The notes below the pieces were generated by a model. That model was not told the DNA's origin. It saw nothing but the letters and a program-made list of their open reading frames with translations, and searched no databases. Shown piece after piece: positions 9,728 to 18,909 of a stretch of DNA of 64,000 nucleotides. Origin of the DNA: a virus (taxonomy: Duplodnaviria; Heunggongvirae; Uroviricota; Caudoviricetes); IMG/VR virus record IMGVR_UViG_3300028833_000001, positions 63,171 through 127,170 of that record; one strand, written 5' to 3'. Position 1 is the first letter of the stretch, and each line of letters opens with the position of its first letter. The position numbers were made by a program, and so were the translations under genes.

Positions 9728-10183
9728 ATGGATGCTGAAACTTTTATTGAAAAATACAACAGTCTAAGAAAGTGGGATGGTGAAATATACGACTCTGTCA
9801 AATACTTGATGGATGAGAGCGATTTGGAGTGTTTTGAGGATTTATTATACAACGAACTGCTAGACCATGAAGAAATCTGTAGATATTCTATCGAGATTGA
9901 TACGGGCGAAGTTGACGAATACGACAACTATTTTGAACTTAGAATATTAGATAGTCTTGGCTATCCAGTACACTATTCATTATATAAGGAAGATACGAAT
10001 TTGGACGAAAAAGCATACAAAATGAAAAAATCAGCTGAGGTGCTTAAAGAAATTATAACAATAAAAAAACACATATCATCTGAAATCAACAGAATGCAAC
10101 GGAAGGGACAAACAATCGAAACAATTGAATCTATTTTAGCAAACACTTTTTTAATGTCAAATGGAAATAATCAAACACGGTGA
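9728..10183 (+). CDS. acidic hypothetical protein
   Basis: 151-aa ORF. Confidence 0.55.
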   Translation: MDAETFIEKYNSLRKWDGEIYDSVKYLMDESDLECFEDLLYNELLDHEEICRYSIEIDTGEVDEYDNYFELRILDSLGYPVHYSLYKEDTNLDEKAYKMKKSAEVLKEIITIKKHISSEINRMQRKGQTIETIESILANTFLMSNGNNQTR

Positions 10184-10667
10184 AGTAAAACAGAAATACG
10201 AAGCAAAATGCTATAACTGCGGGTGTGAGTTCATCGCAGACAGGTCTGAGACCTACACAATCGCCACACCTGTAACTGGAGCCATTTGTAACAGAATTAT
10301 TAGAAAATTTCGGTACTGCGACTGTCCAGAGTGTAAAAACATGATTATGATTGAGGAAGTTGATATCAATGGGAACTCACTCAACAATGTTTCGAAAAGC
10401 ACCAAAGAAGATGGTGAAATTTATGGACTGTCTGGAACAAAAATACCTGAATATCCCGAGACTTACGATAATGGATTCGTTGGATGTCAGAGACTGTCAG
10501 AATCCCCTGCAATTCCAGTTGATGTATTGGAAAAGAACAAGGTAACAACTAGAGAGCTTATGGAAGCATACGATGAAATTGAAAAACTAAGGTACGAGGA
10601 CAACCTTCCATGGTGGAAAAAGCTATTTACCAAAGCTAAATTATTTAAAAGATTTAAAACACTGTAA
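10161..10667 (+). CDS. zinc-ribbon protein
   Basis: CYNCGC...CDCPEC. Confidence 0.6.
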   Translation: MEIIKHGEVKQKYEAKCYNCGCEFIADRSETYTIATPVTGAICNRIIRKFRYCDCPECKNMIMIEEVDINGNSLNNVSKSTKEDGEIYGLSGTKIPEYPETYDNGFVGCQRLSESPAIPVDVLEKNKVTTRELMEAYDEIEKLRYEDNLPWWKKLFTKAKLFKRFKTL

Positions 10668-10669
10668 AT

Positions 10670-11062
10670 ATGATTGAATACGACGAATATATGGACAAAG
10701 AGTGCATTCCGATTTGCGATGCATTAAACGAGTTGCCTGGTGTGACCACATTCGAATCATGTTGTGGTCATCTTCAAAGGCAGTATGTTGTGTATCTTTA
10801 TACCGAAAACCAATATTCGATGGCTGTAATTGCTAGGACATTTGACAGGAGATACCTCCCCACAAAATCTATATGGAAAGTGACAATCGAGACAATTGAT
10901 GTTGAAAGGGTTCCACAATTCTGCATAGGTATATATTCTGAAAAACCATTCGAAGATTATGACACAATGATGCAAGACGTAAACGAGGTTGTTGAGTCGA
11001 TAAACTATTGGAAGCAACCTGAATTCTACGGACATTTCAAATTTTATAGGTACAATATTTAG
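10670..11062 (+). CDS. conserved phage hypothetical protein
   Basis: ICDALNELPGVTTFESCCGH motif. Confidence 0.6.
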   Translation: MIEYDEYMDKECIPICDALNELPGVTTFESCCGHLQRQYVVYLYTENQYSMAVIARTFDRRYLPTKSIWKVTIETIDVERVPQFCIGIYSEKPFEDYDTMMQDVNEVVESINYWKQPEFYGHFKFYRYNI

Positions 11063-11066
11063 TGAC

Positions 11067-11513
11067 ATGAACAAACAGGAAAATAGACTTTTAATAAAAG
11101 TAATATGTGAAATGATGCCGTATGGAATCATTGTCCATAGAAAGAGTGACAATAGAGACCTTGAATTTATGTATGCCGACCCTATGGAGAGCATGGACCA
11201 TTTTGTCCATTGTTTTGAAAGTCAATTGGAACTGGATGATATGAAGTTGTATCTCCGTCCAATGTCAAGCATGAGTGAGGACGAGAAAATTAAACTAAAA
11301 GAATATTTGGAGGCAGAGGAGGTTGATTGTAATGGTTTCGGTTATATAGAAGGAGGAACGCTTGAGGATTATGTTTCAAGATTATCTTATAGTTTATGCA
11401 ACGATGTAATAGATTGGCTCAGCGCCCGCCATTTCGACTACCGAGGACTCATAGAAAAATGTCTGGCTTTGCAAGCGCCAGATGGAATGTATAAAACAAA
11501 TGATATTATATAA
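11067..11513 (+). CDS. family A protein
   Basis: ICEMMPYG...LYLRPMSSMSEDE...HFDYRGLIEKCLALQAPDGMY. Confidence 0.8.
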   Translation: MNKQENRLLIKVICEMMPYGIIVHRKSDNRDLEFMYADPMESMDHFVHCFESQLELDDMKLYLRPMSSMSEDEKIKLKEYLEAEEVDCNGFGYIEGGTLEDYVSRLSYSLCNDVIDWLSARHFDYRGLIEKCLALQAPDGMYKTNDII

Positions 11514-11526
11514 AAATAAGGACAAT

Positions 11527-12465
11527 ATGAAGGTGAATAAACAGGCCAAAAAATTAATGGATAAGCTTGATTTTTTAAACAAAGAGCTAGGAACCGAATA
11601 CAAGTCATTTGATGATGTGGATTGGAATTTGATTTCATTACGCTATAAACTCTCTGAGGATTTCATCAGAGAGTTCAAGGATAAATTTAATTGGGTTTAC
11701 ATTTCAAAATATCAGAAATTATCAGAGGACTTCATCCGTGAATTCCGTTACAAAGTGGATTGGTGGTATGTGTCACGATACCAGAAACTCTCTGAGAATT
11801 TCATTCGCAAGTTCAATGACAGGGTTAATTGGTCTAATATTTCAAGCCACCAACAACTTTCAGCAGATTTTATTAACGAGTTCCAGCGCTATGTTGTTTG
11901 GTATGACATCTCAAAATATCAGAAATTATCAGAGGACACTATTCGTGAGTTTAAGGATAAAGTTTTTTGGCATTATGTTTCAAAATATCAAAATCTGTCT
12001 GAGGATTTTATTCGTGAGTTTCAGCGCAGTGTTTATTGGGAGTGTATTTCAAAATACCAGAAATTGTCGAATGAATTTATTACTGAATTTTCTGACGAAC
12101 TAATTTCTTCTTTGATAGACGATAATTGGGCATACAGAGACACGGAGTTCCTGAAACAGCAGGTCGAGTCCACTTGCCTGTACGAATGTCATGACGATTA
12201 CTTCATTGCCTATAAGGGGATTAGGTCTGACAGGTATTCTAATTTCAACTTTAAGTATAAATACTTGCCTAATGAAACATATGAGTCTTTTTGCGATTGT
12301 TCATCCGATGAAAATTCATTTGGTCTGTCCGTATGGACCGAAAATAAGGCCAAGGAGTACTGCGGTCAACTTGTCGTCAGGGTAAAAGTCAGATACGAGG
12401 ATGTTGGGCGTGTTGTATATAACGGAGGAAAGATAAGGTGCCGTAAAATAACAATTCTGGATTGA
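11527..12465 (+). CDS. tryptophan-repeat protein with C-terminal domain
   Basis: about eight 22-aa repeats (V.W..ISKYQKLSEDFIREF.DK), then FIAYKGIR...GLSVWT domain. Confidence 0.75.
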   Translation: MKVNKQAKKLMDKLDFLNKELGTEYKSFDDVDWNLISLRYKLSEDFIREFKDKFNWVYISKYQKLSEDFIREFRYKVDWWYVSRYQKLSENFIRKFNDRVNWSNISSHQQLSADFINEFQRYVVWYDISKYQKLSEDTIREFKDKVFWHYVSKYQNLSEDFIREFQRSVYWECISKYQKLSNEFITEFSDELISSLIDDNWAYRDTEFLKQQVESTCLYECHDDYFIAYKGIRSDRYSNFNFKYKYLPNETYESFCDCSSDENSFGLSVWTENKAKEYCGQLVVRVKVRYEDVGRVVYNGGKIRCRKITILD

Positions 12466-12530
12466 AATAAACCAAATCATCAAACAATAAAAAAAAAGAA
12501 ACTAAGAGTAGTGAAATAGTTAAATAATAT

Positions 12531-13265
12531 ATGATGAAAAAAGAAATATTGAGTGATATCATACATTATACATCTATTGTTTTAACAGTTGCAGGTGTAG
12601 TTGGTTTGATGATATTTGGTATGTTTTCTTGCCATAAGTATATGTCGAGCCAAGAGCATATTGATAAACAAGACTCTATTAGAAATGAAAAACACCGACA
12701 GGATTCGATACAGGAATGTATACGGAACGAGAAGCTAAAACCATTTGATTATAAAATAAAATTTGGTTTGAAAAGCCTTAAGTATAATAAAGAGAAAAAT
12801 ATTTGTGGAGGAGGTTCATTCTTTTTAGGTTGCGGTAGCGTTAGTATATCCGAAAACGTATGGGAAGATTATTACTTTTACGTGGAAACTAAACAAGGTA
12901 TATTACTTGCTCACGTTCCTGTAGAAGCAGCATACATCATAGAGACTGACAGTATAGAACCCTGTATAGTAAAAACATATGGGAGTATACAGTACCAAGA
13001 AAAAATACAAAGTTTCTTTCATGGTAGCCAGCGTGAGGGTTATTTAATTTATGCAACACATGAAAATATGCGTCCAGCAATAGTGTATATATCTAATTAC
13101 AAGTCACTTGAAAATTTAAATTCATACCCATTAGATTATGGGTTAACCTATTCAAATTATGACCAAATAGAACGTCGTACCAAGAGGCATCGAATAAATC
13201 AAAACTATATACAGATATACGTCCCAAAGAATACTATTATAGAAAAATTTGAAGTATATCAATAA
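12531..13265 (+). CDS. membrane-anchored protein
   Basis: single N-terminal TM ending GMFSC. Confidence 0.6.
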   Translation: MMKKEILSDIIHYTSIVLTVAGVVGLMIFGMFSCHKYMSSQEHIDKQDSIRNEKHRQDSIQECIRNEKLKPFDYKIKFGLKSLKYNKEKNICGGGSFFLGCGSVSISENVWEDYYFYVETKQGILLAHVPVEAAYIIETDSIEPCIVKTYGSIQYQEKIQSFFHGSQREGYLIYATHENMRPAIVYISNYKSLENLNSYPLDYGLTYSNYDQIERRTKRHRINQNYIQIYVPKNTIIEKFEVYQ

Positions 13266-13281
13266 CAAGAGAAATAATATT

Positions 13282-13710
13282 ATGACTAAAGAAGAATACA
13301 AAAAAGAAACAAAACTTGCTGTTGACATAATCAACGCAATGAATAGTTTGGTTGGAACTGAATATTACCCAAATTACGCACAATCTATTTTTGATACGGA
13401 TACACTAGTAAGAGGCTTGAAACTGTTTAAAAATTTCATAGAGGACACGATAGAACATATTGAAAATGTGGATAATGCATATAAAGAAGGTTCTAAGTAT
13501 GATGTTTTTGTTGAAAAATGTTCTCGCGGTGAATTTAGTATTGCAAAATGGGGCGAAATACCAAATGTGGCAAGGAAAGAACTTATGGACACATATCTAG
13601 GGCTTGTTTGTGGCTTAAACAACTTATCACCTGAAGATTATGGACACCTGTTCAGTAAATCTGTGCAAATATTCAAGGACAAATACAACATTAATAAAAT
13701 TGAAATATAA
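13282..13710 (+). CDS. hypothetical protein
   Basis: ORF; ATG at 13282 preferred. Confidence 0.55.
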   Translation: MTKEEYKKETKLAVDIINAMNSLVGTEYYPNYAQSIFDTDTLVRGLKLFKNFIEDTIEHIENVDNAYKEGSKYDVFVEKCSRGEFSIAKWGEIPNVARKELMDTYLGLVCGLNNLSPEDYGHLFSKSVQIFKDKYNINKIEI

Positions 13711-13728
13711 TAAAGAAGGGGACGAATA

Positions 13729-14127
13729 ATGCTAAGAATAAGCGAAATAATCCTTAAAAGTATTGATTATGGGAAGAAGACCCACTCTGATTACGATGAT
13801 GGGAAATATGATTTATATGATTTGGAACAAGCGTTTGAAGAAGGAGCGAAGTGGGCAGACGATAATCCGTCACCAAAATCTCTTGCTAAAGAATTGCATC
13901 GTCTTGGATATACGATAACTCTAAATGGCGATATTATACCAAGAGCTGAAGAAGAAGAGGCTATTAAGCGTTATATCGAATATCAGAAAAGTCAATTTAT
14001 TAAAAAGGCTTGCGAGTGGCTGGAAAAACACGTAAGAGATTATAAGTATTATGACTCAGATTTAGCAGATGGAAACATTGATGTTGACGATTTGATTTAT
14101 GGATTCAAAAAAGCAATGGAGAAATAA
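13729..14127 (+). CDS. family C protein
   Basis: AFEEGAKWAD...FIKKACEWL...FKKAMEK. Confidence 0.7.
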   Translation: MLRISEIILKSIDYGKKTHSDYDDGKYDLYDLEQAFEEGAKWADDNPSPKSLAKELHRLGYTITLNGDIIPRAEEEEAIKRYIEYQKSQFIKKACEWLEKHVRDYKYYDSDLADGNIDVDDLIYGFKKAMEK

Positions 14128-14128
14128 T

Positions 14129-14341
14129 ATGAGAATGCTAGTAGTATCATTAATAATCTCTATCGTTTTCACAGTTGTTGTAGCGATTGGAGTGATTGCA
14201 GTCTGGATAGCTATTGGCCCTGGGCTAGTGCTTTTGAAAGCCGTGCTGGCTGGATTGATAATAGTAGGAGTGAGCCAGACGGTATACTTTATAACAAGAC
14301 TTGTAGCACAAAACAAAGAGAATAAAATAAAAGGATGTTAA
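14129..14341 (+). CDS. small membrane protein
   Basis: long hydrophobic stretch. Confidence 0.6.
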   Translation: MRMLVVSLIISIVFTVVVAIGVIAVWIAIGPGLVLLKAVLAGLIIVGVSQTVYFITRLVAQNKENKIKGC

Positions 14342-14352
14342 TTGTATAAAAT

Positions 14353-14577
14353 ATGAAAAAGACTGAAGACATAAAAGAAGGATATGTTTATGCCCCTTGG
14401 GTGCCGAGATATACATCAACGTATATAAACAATATCCAGGTGTGGGATTATCGTTGGTGGAAGAACATACTTTGCAAGATAAACTGGTTCTTCCATTTCA
14501 AGCAGCGAAAGGCATTCAAAAAATATGCTAACGCTAAAGTGTGCGCAAAATTCGATTTTGTAAAATCAAAATTTTAA
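14353..14577 (+). CDS. hypothetical protein
   Basis: 74-aa ORF, GYVYAPWVP. Confidence 0.55.
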   Translation: MKKTEDIKEGYVYAPWVPRYTSTYINNIQVWDYRWWKNILCKINWFFHFKQRKAFKKYANAKVCAKFDFVKSKF

Positions 14578-14586
14578 TTATATAAT
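14558..14586 (+). promoter_or_regulatory. sigma70-like promoter
   Basis: TTGTAA-17 nt-TATAAT. Confidence 0.55.
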
Positions 14587-14628
14587 TACTTTATAAGATA
14601 TAACATAAATTGAATAACAAATAAAATT

Positions 14629-14796
14629 ATGGAAGAAGTTTTGGAAGACATTTCAAAAGAAGTTTACAAGTGGATTTTGTTCAACATCAACGGATACACA
14701 AAGGAGGAAATCGAAAACATGGATTTCGAATCCGAATACACATATCATCAGCTTCTCGACATCATTGTCGAAGGTTGCAAATACGATGAAGTCTAA
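14629..14796 (+). CDS. small acidic protein (below track cutoff)
   Basis: 55-aa ORF MEEVLEDISKE...KYDEV downstream of the promoter. Confidence 0.55.
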   Translation: MEEVLEDISKEVYKWILFNINGYTKEEIENMDFESEYTYHQLLDIIVEGCKYDEV

Positions 14797-14823
14797 AAAT
14801 TATAGAAAAACGAAGAGAAAATT

Positions 14824-15033
14824 ATGGAAAACGAAGAGATGCCCAAAGGTTATTCAGTTGCTAAATGTGGCGAATGCCCATTTTATTGGGGAGACGAGAG
14901 AAATGTTGGAAACAGCTTTTGCAGATATGGCAACGGTTGGGGATGGGGGCTGTTGCCGACAGAAGAATGCCACTTCAATCATTCACTGGCTAGACTAAGA
15001 AACTTGGCCAAGATAACACGAATCACATGGTAA
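14824..15033 (+). CDS. small Cys-rich protein
   Basis: CGECPFY...CRYG...CHFN. Confidence 0.5.
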   Translation: MENEEMPKGYSVAKCGECPFYWGDERNVGNSFCRYGNGWGWGLLPTEECHFNHSLARLRNLAKITRITW

Positions 15034-15272
15034 GCAGAAAGCACAAATATTATGTCGAATACGTATACGAATACGAGATATTTCTTCCAGAAGACAACGA
15101 ATGGTTCAAGGATGAAATGTGCGATGCCGAAATCGTATGCAACAAATTGAAACGTGATATTCAAAAATATCTGAAAGAAAAAGTCTTGAATGACTTGAAA
15201 TCCGACAACATAAGGAACTTCAAGTTCAAAATAACTGATATGTACTTGACAAGTGATGATGCTTGCCTATAA
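15027..15272 (+). CDS. hypothetical protein
   Basis: 81-aa ORF. Confidence 0.5.
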   Translation: MVSRKHKYYVEYVYEYEIFLPEDNEWFKDEMCDAEIVCNKLKRDIQKYLKEKVLNDLKSDNIRNFKFKITDMYLTSDDACL

Positions 15273-15315
15273 TTTCGTTTTTTTTTATTCTATTATTATA
15301 TAAATTATATATGCA

Positions 15316-15759
15316 ATGAGCGCAAAAGATTTGACAAAAGAAGATAAAACATTATTAACAACAGCACTATGCGAGTATTTACCATATGGCGTTATGGTTG
15401 AATATAATGGATTATATACGCGGCTTGACATTTTATTTGTTGAACATATATATAATTACACAAACACAATACAAGAACTTGATGGGTCTGTGGATTTTTT
15501 TCATGACAACGATTATATTGATATTGAGAACGTCAAATTATATCTTAGACCGTTTTCAAGCATGACAGAAAAAGAGAAAGTCGAATACTGTGTACTGCAA
15601 GATAGAATTGTATATGGGGGAATAAATCATCCTCCAGTTAATGAAGATGTTGTTAATTATGTTAATTTTTTGAAATCCCATTATATTGATTATTTCGGTT
15701 TAATTGATAAAGGATTGGCATATGAAGATAAAGATAATTTATATGTAATTGAAGATTAA
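15316..15759 (+). CDS. family A protein
   Basis: LCEYLPYGV...LYLRPFSSMTEKE...IDYFGLIDKGLAYE. Confidence 0.8.
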   Translation: MSAKDLTKEDKTLLTTALCEYLPYGVMVEYNGLYTRLDILFVEHIYNYTNTIQELDGSVDFFHDNDYIDIENVKLYLRPFSSMTEKEKVEYCVLQDRIVYGGINHPPVNEDVVNYVNFLKSHYIDYFGLIDKGLAYEDKDNLYVIED

Positions 15760-15763
15760 TAAT

Positions 15764-16135
15764 ATGACAGAAAAAGAAATAAGATTAGAAGCAGAAGAAA
15801 GATACTTGTTTCCAAGTGTTGAACATGATGATTATGACAGCGTTAATGCCTTTATTGAAGGTGCAAAATGGGCGGCAGAAAAATTAGCAAAACAAACATC
15901 AGATTTTAATTGTTTTGATTGTGGATTTTCAGATGAGAATGAAATATATTTTATTGATGGTGTAAAATACAAACTCATACATCATATAGATAATTCAGCT
16001 CCATGTAGCTTTTGCGCGTTTTTTAATAGAGGTACTCTTGGCTGTAATTTTCCAGAGAACGAAAACAAAAAATGCGAAATTAAATTGGGGACAACTCATG
16101 GATGGAATACTTTGGAGTATTTAAATATTTCATAA
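15764..16135 (+). CDS. family C N-terminus fused to a Cys-rich domain
   Basis: MTEKEIRLEA...AFIEGAKWAAEK then CSFCAF...C. Confidence 0.55.
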   Translation: MTEKEIRLEAEERYLFPSVEHDDYDSVNAFIEGAKWAAEKLAKQTSDFNCFDCGFSDENEIYFIDGVKYKLIHHIDNSAPCSFCAFFNRGTLGCNFPENENKKCEIKLGTTHGWNTLEYLNIS

Positions 16136-16188
16136 AAACTATTTAATCGTAAACAAAAATAATTTTAAATTAAAAAAAACAAAAAAAA

Positions 16189-16800
16189 ATGAAAAACTTA
16201 TTTAACAAATGTGGAACATTCACACTTATGTTACTTATGTGTATGCTTATGGTTTTTACTTCTTGTGATAGGCGTCAAAAGAATGTTACTCCTCCAGAAG
16301 ACAAGCCAGTTGCAGCTTTAACTTATGACTATGACAAAGTGGTAATTGAAGATTATGATTGGATTGCTTCACAGTACAAAATCTTTAGGTTTCTAGAAGT
16401 TGACGCAATGTTTGACAAATTGTTAACCGAAGAAGGTGATATCAATGTAATGTCAATTAGAACAATTTTCCAAGTTGGAGACACTTGCATTATGATTGAG
16501 CATCCAGAAGGTTATGTTGATTCAATGCCTATTATCACAAAAGAAAATGACTATTGGATGGAATGTGGAGTGATTAATGCGCGCAATGCTGTTACTCTTG
16601 ATTCTTGCATGAAACTTATCGAGCCTTACAGATGCATGTTGCCGACACGCCATTTGACTTTCAGACGCCTCATTGGGCCTCCATTCCCAGAACACGGGGA
16701 ATTTATCTTTGGTAATGGCATGCTTTTTGTCGATGCAGCAACAGGGGCAATGAGAGGCGATGCACTTGACAACGGACTAACTGGAAGATTCCAGAAATAA
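16189..16800 (+). CDS. predicted lipoprotein
   Basis: hydrophobic signal ending VFTSC. Confidence 0.65.
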   Translation: MKNLFNKCGTFTLMLLMCMLMVFTSCDRRQKNVTPPEDKPVAALTYDYDKVVIEDYDWIASQYKIFRFLEVDAMFDKLLTEEGDINVMSIRTIFQVGDTCIMIEHPEGYVDSMPIITKENDYWMECGVINARNAVTLDSCMKLIEPYRCMLPTRHLTFRRLIGPPFPEHGEFIFGNGMLFVDAATGAMRGDALDNGLTGRFQK

Positions 16801-16823
16801 CTAAAAGCAAACATTATATAAGC

Positions 16824-16858
16824 AATGGCGCTATTCGTTAGCGCCATTTTTGTTTTTT
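16824..16858 (+). terminator. intrinsic terminator
   Basis: aatggcgcta-ttcgt-tagcgccatt followed by a T-rich run. Confidence 0.8.
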
Positions 16859-16897
16859 ATAATTTTTTTTGTATTATAAAAAAAAAATGAATACTAT

Positions 16898-17548
16898 ATG
16901 TGGCCACTATTATTTACAGGATTAAGAGATACTAAAGAAAAAAATGAAAAATGGCTTGATTCATTGAATGAATTGCTTGTTGAAAAATTTGATGAAATTG
17001 GATATGAAGCAGTTACCACACTAGCAGGAAATCATGGCGCTTCATGCTTTGTTATAAGCAGAAAATACCCAAATCTTTATTCAAAATTTACAATTTCTGA
17101 TTCATATGTAAGTAATTCAATAACTTGGATATATTATATTAACGAAAAAAAATGGGCGTCATTTGAAATTAGTCTTACTGCGTTATTGTCAATACTTGAT
17201 TTAATTGAGGAACCAAAACATAAAAGAAGATGGTTCAAAAAGAAAAACCATAACGAGAAGAAAAACAATGTTACAATAACAACAGACTACCTGGATAATC
17301 TTATAAAAAACACGTTAGATACCTATGGACTAAAAAGCTCGCCATATAAATTTGTATATCAAGACAAAGAAAGTGATTTGGAATTTGAATTGGATAAGGA
17401 TACTGATTGGTTCTCTAACAATAGCGTTTATGTGTATTGCTACGTTAAAGATTTTCAGGTAGTTAAAGAAGAATTCCATATCGACCAAGCACAATACACA
17501 TTATTGAATAAGTATAAAAATTTTGCTTTAAAAAATAATTTAAAATGA
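16898..17548 (+). CDS. hypothetical protein
   Basis: 216-aa ORF. Confidence 0.55.
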   Translation: MWPLLFTGLRDTKEKNEKWLDSLNELLVEKFDEIGYEAVTTLAGNHGASCFVISRKYPNLYSKFTISDSYVSNSITWIYYINEKKWASFEISLTALLSILDLIEEPKHKRRWFKKKNHNEKKNNVTITTDYLDNLIKNTLDTYGLKSSPYKFVYQDKESDLEFELDKDTDWFSNNSVYVYCYVKDFQVVKEEFHIDQAQYTLLNKYKNFALKNNLK

Positions 17549-18036
17549 TTGAAAATTTTGTGTTTAATGACGTTGTTTTATATTCTAAGGGCTGGTATAG
17601 AAAGACTGATTTGGTCTCTGACCTTGGATATATTTTCAGTAAAATTTATGGATGGACACCTAAAACTGAAGAAGAAGTCGCCAGATTTATGCTGATTGCG
17701 ATAGACCATCTATATACAGAACTGGAAATACCGTTTGATTATAACTGTAACGGTAAATATAAAAATTCATTCGCATCGTTTAGCGATGAGATTAGAAAAC
17801 GAATGAGATTATATGATGTGTCATATGATATGGCCATTATACTTTTTGGCTTATCTATTTTCCAACAACTAGATAACAATCAAATTAAACTTAATCCACC
17901 TCATTTCGGCAAAAAAGAACATTTCAGACTAGGTATGTTGCTTGGAGAATATCCAACTTCACAAACTTATGCGGAAATGAATAAACGCGTAAATAATTTT
18001 TTTAATAAAAATAAAAAAGAAAAAAATATCAAATAA
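17545..18036 (+). CDS. hypothetical protein
   Basis: 163-aa ORF, translationally coupled on both sides. Confidence 0.6.
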   Translation: MIENFVFNDVVLYSKGWYRKTDLVSDLGYIFSKIYGWTPKTEEEVARFMLIAIDHLYTELEIPFDYNCNGKYKNSFASFSDEIRKRMRLYDVSYDMAIILFGLSIFQQLDNNQIKLNPPHFGKKEHFRLGMLLGEYPTSQTYAEMNKRVNNFFNKNKKEKNIK

Positions 18037-18500
18037 TGATTACAACTTGTGCGATGATTTTAATAAACAAAAATGGCGATATTCTTGCTTGCCATGGAAC
18101 TGGAAAACCAAAGAACTATGGTTACGATTTTCCAAAAGGATGTGTTGACGATGATGAAACACATTTTGAGGCCGCTTGCCGTGAATTGAAAGAAGAAACT
18201 GGACTCACTATAGAACAACTTGAATCGGATGGTCTTACAGTGTCAGAATACATAATAGACGGCGGAGTGTATAAACACAATGATAAAAAAAATATTCATT
18301 TGTTTTTATGTCCGCTTAAAACATTCCCAAATCTTGAATCATTGGAATGCACAACTTTTTTTCAGACAAAGGAAGGAAAATCATTGCCAGAAATGGATGG
18401 ATACAAAATCATCACAAAAGAAGAAAGGAATTTATTCAATAAAGTTCTTTGGGATAAATTTGATATTATTGACGGATTAAACCAAAATGTGCAATATTGA
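18036..18500 (+). CDS. NUDIX hydrolase
   Basis: Nudix box G-CVDDD-E-THFEAAC-RELKEETGL. Confidence 0.9.
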   Translation: MITTCAMILINKNGDILACHGTGKPKNYGYDFPKGCVDDDETHFEAACRELKEETGLTIEQLESDGLTVSEYIIDGGVYKHNDKKNIHLFLCPLKTFPNLESLECTTFFQTKEGKSLPEMDGYKIITKEERNLFNKVLWDKFDIIDGLNQNVQY

Positions 18501-18564
18501 TAAATATTGCTCAAGAAATCTAGAAACTTGCTTTGTTTCCATTAACAATAAAAAATAACTTTAA

Positions 18565-18825
18565 ATGGCTGACAATATAATTGACATAGGTTTTAAAATA
18601 AAACCGATTTTATATCTGCATGTTGGAAAAGAGGAATTATGCTTCGATATTTCCAATATATCAGAAATTCGTGATGCTGAAGATGGTACATCAATAGTGA
18701 CATATGAAAATGTTGAATATAACGTTTTTGAAGACAAGCCAAGTATTGACGCAGCTTTCAAAAAGGCTGTGTATTATAGGGAAGAGGCAATAAAACACCT
18801 ACAAACTATTTTTCAGTTTGAATGA
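18565..18825 (+). CDS. hypothetical protein
   Basis: 86-aa ORF. Confidence 0.55.
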   Translation: MADNIIDIGFKIKPILYLHVGKEELCFDISNISEIRDAEDGTSIVTYENVEYNVFEDKPSIDAAFKKAVYYREEAIKHLQTIFQFE

Positions 18826-18863
18826 TATTCAAGACATTTCAGCAGAATCAAACTTATAAAATA

Positions 18864-18892
18864 TTGTTTTTTATTAACTTTGTTTGTATAAT
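18864..18892 (+). promoter_or_regulatory. sigma70-like promoter
   Basis: TTGTTT-17 nt-TATAAT upstream of the cca-like gene. Confidence 0.55.
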
Positions 18893-18909
18893 CACGGTAA
18901 ATTAAAATT

